NCBI GenBank assembly: GCA_030264375.1
Contig: JASCQW010000139.1
Coordinates: 32,122,347-32,186,346, forward strand
Length of the DNA stretch: 64,000 nucleotides
Direction: 5' to 3'
Origin: Carcharhinus longimanus
Lineage: Eukaryota
Below the pieces are notes generated by a model. That model did no database searches. It was not told the DNA's origin and saw only the letters and a list, made by a program, of their open reading frames with translations. Shown piece after piece: positions 1 through 12,502 of the stretch; within the stretch, counting starts at the first letter, position 1; each line of letters opens with the position of its first letter. The translations under genes and the position numbers were made by a program.

Positions 1-220
1 CCATGTCTGCGTGGTATTCCTCTGGGTGCTCCGGTTTCCTTCCACAGCCCAAAGATGTGCAGGTTAGGTGGATTGGCTACTTTAAATTGTCCCTTAATGT
101 TAGGGGATTAGCAGGGTAAATTTGTGGGATAGCGAGGATAGGGCATGGGTGAGATTGTTGTTGGTGCAGGCTTGATGGGCCGAATGGCCTCCTTCTGCAC
201 TGTAGGGATTCTATGATTCT
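1..220 (+). mobile_element. HE1-type tRNA-derived SINE, 3' part
   Basis: ctccggtttcct..cacag.ccaaagatgtgcaggttaggtggattggc core and CR1-like tail gggattctatgattcta. Confidence 0.85.
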
Positions 221-668
221 ACAGTTCCCCATGGGAAGCCGAAATATTAATCTCTGGCTCCTCCTTCAGTTTTGTGTGTTGAGAATGGCTCAATTAACTA
301 TCATACAAGTTGAGTTTTTGGGTGGAAATCCTTCCTCATTTGGCTCGGCCACCTGTTATCCTTCATTAATGAAGCCAATCCAATACTATTCTGGCAATTT
401 GTCTGGTGGCCTTCTATTGCAGGAGAAAGCAGGGAATGGTCAAAGAGGAGAGCTCTGATATTGTCGTTACCCAAGGTTGAGAGTCATCTCAAAGAACATC
501 ATGGTAGTCCACATTAGATAAAGAGGAATTGCAAAACTGGAATTAAAAATTGTGTAAGGTTAAAGAAAGAAAATAATCTCCGATTGGAAATGTTCCTGTT
601 GGGGAGATTTTGATACATTTTTCTACAATTATACAAAATTGCTATCAATATGCTATTCACCTTCACAG

Positions 669-829
669 GGGATGGACGTGTAAATGAGCATCTGGGGATC
701 TTATCCTTTCATGTATTGTTTCTACGGGAACACAATCGCTTAGCAAGAGAGTTAAAAAAACTGAACCCACACTGGAGCGGAGAAACAATCTACCAGGAGG
801 CCAGGAAAATCATGGGGGCATTTCACCAG
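669..829 (+). CDS. Peroxidase gene A, exon equivalent to MPO exon 8 (distal Arg and heme-ester Glu)
   Basis: cacag|GG...CAG|gtaaaa, 161 bp. Translates [54 protein letters not shown], with the GDxRxxE and LREHN motifs of animal heme peroxidases. Upstream exons lie outside the window. Confidence 0.96.
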
Positions 830-2006
830 GTAAAATGGACATTTCCTTGACAGCTTTGATAGCAGGATAACAGAGTTAAACAAGTCTTTGACAGCTTGCC
901 AGTTCAAATGAATTTGTGTGTAAAAAATGCACAACCATGTTCACTTTTAACAATCCCAAAAGGTGCCTTGTCTCTCTCAAAAGGGATAGCTTACATTCCC
1001 AAAGGGGTATCCTGGCTATCCAAGTTTAGACCTTATCCAGTCTAAGTGCAGACTCTACGTATCACACTTCTACTTGACCAGATTTCCACTTCAGTGGAGA
1101 CAGCTACTGATTAAAATGGCCTCAAATCGGAACCCTGGCCTCATTCCACTCCTGCCACAATGGCAAAAATTTCAGACAAAGAGTTTCCAGATTAAAAATA
1201 GATTTGCATTTATGTAGCACAGATTATGACCTCAGGACATACCAAAAAGCTTTCCAGCCAATTAAATAATTTTGAAGTGTAGTTGCTGTTGTAATGCAGA
1301 AAAGGGGCTGTCAAGTTGCACAGAGCAAGCGCCCACAAGTAGGAATGTGGTGAACGACCAGATATAAATGTTGATTGAGGATTAAATACTGGGCAAGGCA
1401 CCGTGGATAACTCCCCTGCTCCCCTTTGAAGTACTGCCTTGCAATCTTTGACAGTGCCTCAGGATACAGTTGGGTCTCACCCAACATGGATGGCATCTCC
1501 AACAGTGCAGCACTCCCTCACACTGGAGGGAGGTGCAGCCTAGATTTTTATGCACAAGCCCTGTCACAGGACTTGAATCCACAATCTCCTAACGTAGAGG
1601 TGAGAGAGCCATTGCTAACCAGGCCTTGAGGAGAAGACAGCAGTTAATTTAATGAACCAGAATCAAATATTTTAAATCTTTTCAGAATCCTAACCTCTTG
1701 TAACTGATTTTCAACAATTTTACTTTCCTTGCCAAGTATTTTACCATTTGCCTTTTAGTCATTATTGACACTGTTGATTCTTTCTATATTAATTAATTGG
1801 AATATTAATTCCTTATTGGAATGTGAACTCCAAAACAGTTTCCATCAAGTGAAAAAACCTGAATTCAACCTGCACAAGATTCTCAATTAACCGCTGAGTG
1901 AGAGGCTACTGCTCTGCTATAGTCGGAAACCCAGACGATTCTGGATTTCATTATCCTCGGAAGACAATACGCTCATCCATTCCTCTCCCTGACTCCTTCC
2001 TGACAG

Positions 2007-2265
2007 ATAATAACCTACAGAGACTATGTTCCTCGACTCATTGGCTCAGCCGCAACGCAGAAATATCTCCCTCCCTACAGGGGTTACAATGAATCCATTG
2101 ATCCCAGAATTGCCAATGTTTTTGCCACGGCTTGTTTACGGTACGGACATGTCACCATTCAGCCAATCGTCCATCGTTTCAATGAAAGCTATCAAGAACA
2201 CCCACTTTACCCAAACCTTCTCCTGCACAATTCCTTCTTCTCTCCCTGGAGAATTGTGGATCAAG
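2007..2265 (+). CDS. Peroxidase gene A exon (proximal His)
   Basis: tgacag|ATA...CAAG|gtaag, 259 bp. IITYRDYVPRLIG...DPRIANVFATACLRYGHVTIQP...FFSPWRIVDQG; phase-compatible with both neighbours. Confidence 0.96.
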
Positions 2266-2544
2266 GTAAGTAATAAATTTCAGCGTTGCCATAAACTAGC
2301 CACATGCTGCCATTGAAGCATCAGTGTAAGAACAAGCTGCCTTAAGTTGCCATTCAAACTGCACACCTATATTATCAACAATTACTTCACATCAGAGAAT
2401 AATCAATCTCTATGAAGCACTTGAAGAAGTTTCTGAGATATGTGGTAACCGTAATATGACTGCAAACATTTTCCATTATTGAATTCAATTGATTTATTAT
2501 TTTTACACGTGTTGGGATTCAGTGAAAAGTATAGTTTCGAGATG

Positions 2545-2900
2545 TCATTAGAAACTTATAAAATTCTAACGGGGTTAGACAGGAGAGATTCAGAAAGAAT
2601 GTTCCCAATGGTGGGCGAGATCATAGCTTGAGGATGAGGCATAAATCTTTTAAAACTGAAGTGAGGAGAAATTTCTTCACCCAGAGGGTGAATGTGTGGA
2701 ATTCATTGCCACAGAATGTAATTGAGGCCAAAATGTTGTCCGATTTCCAGGAGAAATTAGATATAGCTGTTGGGGCCAAAGTGGTCAAGGGATGTGGGGG
2801 GGAGAGGGATCAGGATATTGAATTCGATGATCAGCCATGATCAAAATGAATGACCTACTCCGAATGGCCCACTCCTGCTTCTAGTTTCTACGTTTCTTGC
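2545..2900 (+). mobile_element. CR1-type LINE 3' fragment
   Basis: FKTEVRRNFFTQRV.NVWNSLP motif plus typical tail (cctactcctgct). Confidence 0.8.
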
Positions 2901-2957
2901 GAGCTCTTACAGACAAAACATACCATTCATACAGCACATAGGGGAGATGGAAAGGAT

Positions 2958-3242
2958 AGAATCGTAGAATCCCTACAGGAGGCCACTCAGCCCATTGAGC
3001 CTGCACTGACAACAATCCCACCCATGCCCTAATCCCTTAACCCTGCTAATCCTCCTGACACTAAGGCAATTTAGCATGGCCAGTCCACCTAACCTGCACA
3101 TTTTTGAACTGTGGGAGGAAGCCGGAGCATCCGGAGGAAACCTACATAGATAAAGGAGAATGTGCAAACTCCACACAGTCACCCAAGGCTGGAATTGAAC
3201 CCGGGCCTCTGGTGCTGTGAGGCATCAGAGTTAACCCCTGTG
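2958..3242 (-). mobile_element. HE1-type SINE
   Basis: Reverse complement of the same SINE; further partial minus copies at about 5820-5990 and 8850-9150. Confidence 0.85.
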
Positions 3243-6150
3243 TTGCAATTACCAATAGGGTGATCAGCTTAATATGTGATAGACCATTCAAAAGTCTGAT
3301 GGCAGCAGGGAAGAAGCTGTTCTTGAGTCAGTTAGTACATGTTTTCAGACTTCTGTATCTTTTTCCCAATGGAAGAGAGTATGNNNNNNNNNNNNNNNNN
3401 NTGATGTATTGCCCTTGGTGAGTCTGACACTAACTCCAGTTCAGACAAATATCAAGAGCTCCAAGGGTCCCAAGCAAATTGAGTTTGAATGGCCCTTTCC
3501 TATTGGTCTGAATCTACAACAACTCATTCACTGAGCTCACGGAGGTATAATTCTGATTCAGCTGAGGTAGGAATAAAAGTGTAGAGAGAGCTTTAATCTG
3601 ACTCTTCTGACTAGTGCAACTAAGCTGAGAGTGTTTGATGAGACAATGTAAAGGGTCATAGTTCTTCATGCACATCTGTGAATTGCAAATTCATTCACTC
3701 CCAATCCATCAGTGTAAATGTAGTTCTGATAGTCCCTTTAGCCTGCACATAACTACACAAACATTTTTTACCATCCGTTTTATTCCTCAGTGTTATTTGA
3801 AATTTCCTTCATAATATTGAGTGAGTTTATTGATTACCGAATAATTCTCATTAAGTTCCAATTACAGACTGTTGCACACCTTTACAAAACAATCTGTTGT
3901 GCCTGGTTCTGTGAGATTTTGTGCATAGGATGTCATACAAATAAATAGAATGTCCAAAGGTATCAAACGTTTGAAAATTAGGTACTGTACATATTAATAA
4001 AATTCCTTCTACGCTGTCAAATTCAACACTGTCAGGTTAGGTGGAGCTTTGCATATGTTTGTGACTATGTGTGGGGTGAAGTTTAAGGGGGATGTTGTCC
4101 ATTACCTGTCCCACCTCCATCTAAAAGTCAGTCAGCACCTCACCAATGTGAAATCTATATCCTGCAGCTATAGTATGTTGGGGGTGGCCTTCATTCGGGC
4201 AAAGTGGGACATCTGCCCCTCGGGGTCAGCAGGTCCCGGCATAGTGAGCTGCCAGTCAATCTGATTTACAGGCAGCGCTGTCATCCCAGCAATGCCACAA
4301 AATGGTAGTGGCCACTCTTGGGACTATGAAGCAGTGAACTTGCCTGGAATTTTGTTGCCATTCACGCAGGCAGGAGCTTCCAGACCAGCTGACAGCATAC
4401 CCTCGCTGTGGGTTTCCCATTGGTGAGGGGTGCATTCAACAGGAAATCCTACTGACAATGTTGAGACCAGAAAACCCCACCGCTAGCCAATGAGCTTGTG
4501 ATAATTCCAAATTTTGGAACAGTTCTGGGAGAGGCAGTGCCGGCTCTGTAGTTACCCTAAGCTCTAAGCTCTGTTGGCTGTTTGACTGTACTCTGCACCC
4601 ACTAGTGTCTCCACTCCAAACCCACTGCTGTTTCCACTCCGAGTCTGTATGTCTGTTTGCATCTGCAGCACCCATAGTGCTCCATTCTCAGTTGAATCTT
4701 TAATCTTTGTCCTTTTCCAAGCCGCGTACCTCTGAGATTTTCCGGGTTTTTAACTCCCTGTCTCTGTTGCCGCCATGTTTCGGATAGTGCATGTGAACGG
4801 TTAAGAGATTCCACCAGCTACCACCACGTTTTGCCTTCAGTTCAGGGTCCAGATGGTATTTCTTTCAGGTTTTCTTGTTACTCTAAGAATGCTACCATAC
4901 ACAGTTATTTGTTAGAAACTTTCTTGTTTATTTACGGATTTACATACACATCTCAGTACTTTACACCAGGGTATACATCTGCAGTCTCTTAGTCATGTGA
5001 CAGTGTATCACAACCACATCAACATCAGTCACTCCTGATGTTAAGACTTCACACTGCAGACAAAAAATTGCAGCAGAGACGGAATGGAATGCTTAAGTGG
5101 CAATTAATTGTGCACTTCAGGACCTCAATAGGCCTGGGTGGGCTACCTGACACCTTCCCCACCTCCCCTGTAATATTGGGGGCATTTTAGGGGTGGTCAG
5201 TGTTTATTTCCCACTTTATTATATGTGCCCGTTTCCTTCAATTATATTGGCAGGGTACTGTAAAAGTTAAGTGTGTGTGTGTGTGTGTGTAAGTGTCAGC
5301 AAAATCTTACTCCCATTCACATTGGTGGGAACTTATAGTCCTACTGACTATGCACCCTCGCCGCGGGTTTTCTGGCAGTGAACGGTGTGTTAAACAGTGG
5401 GACCATAATGTCCCGCCACCAGCGATGCATACTAACTCCACCAAACATGCCGCGGAGTGGGAGAAAAATCCCACCCTGCAAGTTTATAAACAAGAAAGAA
5501 TGTGGTTTATTTTCAGTGTGTGCTTGTCTGTAGCTGACAGTATTTATGCACTCAGGTGTATGTGACCATTTCCCAGCAGACGTGAGGCACCATGCATTTA
5601 TGGACATGCAGTTACCATGCATAAATATCTGTAGTTTTGGGTTTGAGAGGAGGAAACCAACCTGCATCATCCACTTTATACTGACAGGGCTCCATACCCC
5701 TGAAGTAATTCTTTGAGATATAGATGCCAATTTGACACTGAATAGTTGCAGCTCTTTATTTTAACAGGAAAGTGGCTTTGAAAGGGGACAGTCCCAGGTA
5801 ATAAAAGTAAAAGTGCTTAGAATCGTAGAAACCTTACAGCACAGAAAGAGGCCATTTGGCCCATCGAGTCTGCACCCACCGAGGCCCTACCTCCATATCC
5901 CTACACATTTTGCCCACTAATCCCTCTAACCTACATATCTCAGGACACTAAGGGGCAATTTTAGCATGGCCAATCAACCTGACCCGCACATGTGGAGTTC
6001 TTTTTATCTAAAGCAAGCTGCCAATGGCTGTTTCTTACTTTCTGGGTTTCCCAATTGATGGAAACTGAAGATAAGGAAACAAACTGTATGCAAAATACCG
6101 AGGGGAAGAAACAGGAAGAATATTAGCTGAACCATGTTTTAATCTTTCAG

Positions 6151-6321
6151 GTGGTATTGAACCAATTCTTCGTGGGCTACTGGCCAATCCAGCTAAACGG
6201 CAGACACAAAATCGGATGATCGTGGATGAACTGCGGCAACATTTGTTTCAGTTGACAAGTCGCCTACCACTGGATCTGGCCTCATTAAATTTGCAACGCT
6301 CTCGGGATCATGGTCTCCCAG
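6151..6321 (+). CDS. Peroxidase gene A exon ([10 protein letters not shown])
   Basis: tttcag|GT...CCAG|gtaaat, 171 bp. [58 protein letters not shown]. Confidence 0.96.
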
Positions 6322-6344
6322 GTAAATGCTCATAGGCTGAAGCG

Positions 6345-6605
6345 CACACTCTCATGTACATATAGACAAATGTAGTTAGATAAAAGCACAGGCACTCATA
6401 TACAGACTCTCTCACACACACAAACATACATATATACAGATTCACACACATACACACATGCATGTATAGACACGCATGCTATACAAACATACAAATTCAC
6501 ACACATTTTATGCGTGCATATACAGACTTGCATACAGATTCACACACACATGCATGTATAGACACACATACAAATTCACACACACTTTATGCATGCATAT
6601 ACAGA
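6345..6605. repeat. CA/TA-rich degenerate simple repeat with internal duplication
   Basis: catacaaattcacacaca..ttatgc.tgcatatacaga occurs twice. Confidence 0.8.
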
Positions 6606-8264
6606 AAAGATTTGTACAGGTCAGGCTGGTTCCCAAACACTCTGGCATGGCTGCTTTCCTGCAGTATAAAGTATGACGTGCAGTGGTGATGGATCTGCTT
6701 CTGAGAAAGCTTCTGATATAACGATTAGACAGGCTATTATGATGCCACCCAGTTTCCCAGTGCAAAGTCAGAGTGAAGCCTCCACCAATGAGATCCATTA
6801 GCATGAGTTAGTTTGGAGCTCTGCAGATGTTGAGGTTCAGGCTCTGATCTCAGGGGGAGAATGACCTGCCTGGATTCCTCCCCTTATTCCCAGAACTTCA
6901 AAATAGTCACATTTTAAGACTCAGAGTACTGGGGATTCATTGAGTATATTTCTTACAGCTCTCCATGTTGCTGGGCACCTGATTGCAGTGCAGTAAATGT
7001 TCCTCCGATGTATATTCTCAGAACAATGAGTTTGTAGTTCTTTACAAATAGTATTGCGACAGTCACGTTGCTGTGATGTGGACAAAGGGCAGCAGCTTAA
7101 AAGTGAGGGACTTCTTATGTTCCCCACAGCAAATAAAAGATCTTTAAGCCAAAAATGCCAATCAAACCAGACACCAAAACACAATCACAGGAGCATTTAG
7201 CATCCATGTTATTGACCTTTGACACCATTGGTGAATGCAAGCAGGAAATTCACCACAAACTGGTTGGACTAACTCCTTGACCTTTGCTGTTTCTTCTGGC
7301 AAATTCTGTTCAATGACAGGTCGCGTCATCGAACGTAATTCCCACTTTAGCGAAACTGAGTGCTGGACACACTGTTACGTTCCTGAGATCAGGGGCTGGA
7401 TTTTCAAGTTCAAGCCAAGAAATTTCCCAGTTCAGCGTATCCTCCTCAGGAGAAAGTGCCCTAATTGGCGTGATTTTGGCTCCTGGGATGCAGGATGGAA
7501 TCATCAGGCTCCAGAAGCAGACTGGAGGTAACCACAGGGGCAGAGCGAAAATCATGTCTGCTTGTCTCGTGAACAGAGTTGAAATGATCCAACTGATTTA
7601 TAATTCACATCTGTGTGCTTCACACCTAGGAGTGCCAGAGGAACTGACACTCCTGTTTAGGTACAAAGCATGAGGTTCCCTGATTGGACCATCAATTTGG
7701 CCCTTAATCAGGGAGTTCATATGCAAGCAGGCCAACCTCAATCACCTGATTAAAATTGTTACAGATTCCTACATCAGGTTCCCGTCTGCCATTTGTACAG
7801 CCTCCATAACTCTGTGAAAATTTGGATCCAGGTACTAAAAGAGGGCTTCAGTTCTGAAAAAGCTATCACAAAATAATCAATTGCACGAGGAGAGAATCAC
7901 TTTTTTAAAAAAAGTCTGAGTATCATTGTTGTGGGCATAATCCCCCTTCCAGAATTTGATGCCTTGCGTACTTCCAACTGATGAGTTTTATCATCAGTTT
8001 TGGAATAAGACTCCCAACTTAGTGAAGTTCCGTTGCTCTTTCCTGAAACCCCCACATCCATTGTCCCAGGTTTCCAATGTGCATTTCCAGTTGGCAATAA
8101 TTCACCATTAGAAAAATTGACAGCCGTGACCTTGGCTGAGGAAGCACTTGGCCATTGCTCAGCTGTTTGTGTTGGTACAAATGAATTGAGGAAACCAGTA
8201 ATAGGTCAATGTGCCTCAACCCAGTCCTTTACTATCACTAACATCCTGTAACCTTTAGAGTAAT

Positions 8265-8739
8265 GATGTGGAGATGCCAGTATTGGACTGGGGTGGACAC
8301 TGTAAGAAGTCTCACAATACAAGCAGAAACTGATGGCAAAATTCTGCACACATGAGGATGGCCTCAACCAGGATCTTGAGTTCATGTCACACTATGTGTA
8401 ACCCCCATGACTTGCCTGGGCTTGCAACATCTCACTTACTGTCCTGTCTGGAGACAATACGCAGCTCTTTAACCTATGCTTAACGCTAGCTCCACTCACA
8501 TTGTCTGCACCTTTAATACTTGATTAGCTGTAAAGACTCACATTCTAATTAGTATTCTGTAAACTGAAAATACCTTTATATGCCCTATTTGTGATCAGAA
8601 CTCCCCACTCACCTGATGAAGGGGCAGAGCCCCGAAAGCTAGTGGCCTTTGCTACCAAATAAATCTGTTGGACTTTAACCTGGTGCTGTGAGACTTCTTA
8701 ATGTGTTTACCCCAGTCCAATGCTGGCATCTCCACATCT
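8265..8739 (+). mobile_element. 5'-truncated Penelope-like element with inverted terminal repeat
   Basis: 8321-8395 encodes a decayed GIY-YIG C-terminus (QKLMAKFCTHEDGLNQDLEFMSHY). 8265-8320 is the reverse complement of the 3' end (about 8685-8739). Confidence 0.75.
8609..8645 (+). ncRNA. Minimal hammerhead ribozyme motif in Penelope terminal repeat
   Basis: tcac-CTGATGA-a-ggggc-aga-gcccc-GAA-AGCT-A-gtgg: intact core, 5-bp stem II, palindromic AGCT stem III, stem I tcac/gtgg. Confidence 0.7.
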
Positions 8740-11241
8740 TGGATTGGCAGGCCTGGCCTTTTAGAAACCATTATCATCAGTCTTCCTGCTATTCGTAGAG
8801 AAATTCAGGATATACCAATTGGAACAGCATTGTGAACATTGAACCCTACAATCCAGAAAGAGGCCATTCTGACCATTGAGTCTGCACTGTGACTCCAAAA
8901 AAGCATTCTTCTTAAGGTCCATTCCCCTGTCCTACGCTGTAACCCTGTGCATTTACCATGGCTAATCCACCTGACCTACACATCTTTGCGCACAAAGGAG
9001 GAATTTAACATGGTCAATCTACCTAACCTGCACATTTTTGGACTGTGGAAGAAACTGAGGCTTCTGGAGGAATCCCATTCAAACATGGGGAAAACATACA
9101 AATTCCACATAGACTGTAACCTGAGGCCAGAATCGAACTCTGGTCCCTGTTCTGCTAAATTGAGAGGGGGATGAGCAGTGAGTGCACAGCAGTTTAATGT
9201 AATTGGCTTACCTGAGATAGTCCAGTAGGATACATTTCTGCTGGAGAGGTCTGAAATCAGCAAGAGCGATCAGAAGGAAGGATTGTTTTTTAAATTTTAT
9301 GGTTCTGATTCAGTGAAGTGTAGACACATTTAAAAAGAACCACAATACTTTTTACAATATGTGTAAATCTTGAGCAGATAGAAGCACAATCTAACAAACG
9401 CAAACATATAAGTTTCATTGAGAACCCTCTATATGCAGAAATATGCATATATGCACCTCAATTAACATATAAGCATATGGTAGTCACTTGGGGTCAAATT
9501 AATAAACAGTGGCATGGAAAGGGGTGAATTTGACCTTATTCTATACAATTCTGCTCCACACATTGCCACTTTTGGGTGACAGCACCCGGAGCAGTTGGAG
9601 CTTCAGCGCAATTTTGGTTCTATTTCCAGTTTCTCATGCAGGAAAAAGTTATGGGAAGCTGACAGGTTGCGAGAGACAGACTAGTCAGATGCAAAGTTAC
9701 AATCAAATCGGCCATGATCTTATTGAATGGCAGACAAGGCTTGAAGGGCAAAGTGGTGCATGCCTGCCCTTAATTTGTACGTTCAGTCATTGAGTATATT
9801 CAAGACAGAGACTGATAGATATAAACATATTAAACATATGAGATTGTGTGGAAAAATGATATTGGGCTAGAAGATCAAGACATAATCTACTTGAATGACA
9901 GAGTAAACTCGAGGGGCTGAATGGGCACTCCTGCTCCTGTTTCCTATGTTCCTAAATTGGTCATATCAACAGAGAAGTGCTGAACTGCGGTCTAGCACAA
10001 TAACAAGCTGAGACACAGTGTTAGGAAATTTAATTTATTTGCAATTTTTAATAACATCATTCCTTAGATAAAAATGCAATCTTACAGGAATATACATTGT
10101 CCAAATTAAAGATTAACCGATAACTTGTTTTAGGTCAATACATTCTAAATTTTACGTGCGAGGGCAAGACGGATTATCCCACCATAGACAGAATAACATT
10201 ACAGTTACAAACTGTACATCGGTTATTTACAAACAATCTATTTTTCTGTTTCTTTAACAGAGTACAAAAGTGTCAAATTTAGTGACTCAAAACTTTTCAA
10301 ACAGGTGGTAAAGAGAACACAAAAAGTTAAGGAATTAATCATGTATTCTGCATGCAATACTAAATAATAGTAATTTAAATAAAGCAACAGCTTTTGCAAA
10401 CTCTACCGTGTTTCAGATAATTCTGGATTCACTCATGCCCCTGACAGAAATAACTTTCCACAAATAGCCAGTTACCTTGTATGCCTAACACATAATTTTG
10501 AGGACAGAAGGGAAAAAAGTGTTTGTGTAATTGTAAAAAGCAAGTGCTTTTCAAACATACGTGCTGCAATTTTTTCTCTTTTTGACATCTGGGGGGCAAT
10601 TCTCCGACCTCGATGCACCTGGCGCAGATCTCGCCAATCCCAGAGAATAGTATGCGGGCCTTAAACTAGGGTTCGTGTCCAGCACCAAACAGTTTGAGAC
10701 TCTCCTGGCCCCTTTCTAATGGCACAAACCAGATCAGCATATTTAAAGTAGTAATTAAATATGCACAGCCGTTTCAAATCTCAGCACATGGAATTCACCG
10801 GCCTTCAGTCACAGCACAATAACAGCGAGAATCAGTACAGGTCTCCACTAGCAGAGATCTGGTGCAGTGGTCATGCTGGAGGCCCGCAGGCCACTGAAGC
10901 CTCCGAATGGCTGGGGGCATGGCTGGAAGGTGCCTGTTGGGCAATGCCTACCTAGTGGGGCCCACCAGGCACACTGATGGGGCCCACCAGACACCCTGAC
11001 AGTGGCCACTGGACATCACAGCTGTGGCCACTGGACAAACCGGCTCTGCTATTAGCCACAACCAATGTGCCAATGTGCTGGGGCAGTGCCAAGAGAATGG
11101 GGCCTGAGTGGGGGCTATGATAGGAGGCATTGCAGTATGTCNNNNNNNNNNNNNNNNNNNNNNNNNNNNNNNNNNNNNNNNNNNNNNNNNNNNNNNNNNN
11201 NNNNNNNNNNNNNNNNNNNNNNNNNNNNNNNNNNNNNNNNN

Positions 11242-11472
11242 CAGGGTGTGGGTGCGGCCCATCAGGGCTCCGGGTGCGGCCCATCAGGGGTCCCGGTGCG
11301 GCCCAGCAGGGCTCCGGGTGCGGCCCAGCAGGGGTCCGGGTGCGGCCCATCAGGGGGCCGGGTGCGGCCCATCAGGGTGTGGGTGCGGCCCATCAGGGTG
11401 TGGGTGCGGCCCATCAGGGGTCTGGGTGCGGCCCATCAGGGCTCCGGGTGCGGCCCTTGAGGGTTCTGGGTG
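11242..11472. repeat. GC-rich minisatellite, about 21-23 bp unit (cagggNNccgggtgcggcccat)
   Basis: About 10 tandem copies directly after the 100-N gap. Confidence 0.9.
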
Positions 11473-12052
11473 CTGTCCCACAAGACATTTAGTTGACTGA
11501 TGCCCACATGCAGAGTTGCCACATTGGTGTTCACCCACATAGCATTTTTTCCTACCGGAATGACTAAAGTGATGTGATCGTAAAGCAAAGACACATGAGG
11601 TTTGTGCATTGACTGTGAGAGCCATGCATTCCCTCTGCCTCCAATCTAAGCATAAATATTTATTTGGTTTTTGCCATTTGATGACAGTTTTATTAATATA
11701 TAAATGCCTTAAGCATTTTCTCTAACTCCTTATGAAATATTTAATATGTATTCAATGTACCCAATCTTATTCATGGGGTCATGGTGAGTGAGCAAGTCTA
11801 ATTTCAATGTTGGAGAAGGGCTACTCAGGCAGCCCATCACTGTGTCCATGTGGGATGATTTTCACAATAGGATATCAATAGAGAAAGAAACATTAGAATA
11901 ATATAAGCCATATGACGGAAACAGCATCAACAGGTTTTTGATGCAGCTCTGACTCGGAAAATTGTAGCTTGCCAGGAGCTGTTGGACTGCGGTCACAGAG
12001 TCCCCAAATTACCTAACATTCCATTCTGATCCCCCCCTGCTCTTTCTTTCAG

Positions 12053-12258
12053 ATTCTGGTGGGAAAACAAAGGTGTTTTTACTGCCAGCCAGCAGCAGGC
12101 TCTGCAGCAAGTCTCACTCTCCAGGATAATCTGTGATAACACCAGAATTGAAGAACTCCCTCAGGATGCATTTGGGTTTAGACCATATCCGGAAGGGTAC
12201 GTCAGGTGCACTCACATTCCACAGGTAGACCTGAGTGCCTGGAAAGAGAACACAGAAG
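12053..12258 (+). CDS. Peroxidase gene A exon, end of catalytic domain
   Basis: ctttcag|ATTCTGG...GAAG|gtatgg, 206 bp. RFWWENKGVFTASQQQALQQVSLSRIICDNTRIEELPQDAFGFRPYPEGYVRCTHIPQVDLSAWKENTE. Confidence 0.95.
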
Positions 12259-12502
12259 GTATGGTATCCCGGTATGGAGTGATGTTTCTCTTGGTCTAAT
12301 CTGTACTGAGTGATGCTGTGCTGCAAGAATAAGTGTGAGGGAGGGGTTAGAGAATCCTCTCTGGATAGAGAACCCTCTTCTCACACTGACAGGAAGAGTG
12401 TTGGGGGGTGGGGGGAAAGTGACCAGGCAGCACCCTCTGCTGATCAGCTGTCTGACAGTTTAAATCTATTTCCATGTGCTTCAACATAAAACAGAAAGAA
12501 AT

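Noticed and set aside
10948-11500. Gly/Pro-rich ORFs on both strands
   Set aside because: They arise from a GC-rich tandem repeat plus an N gap.
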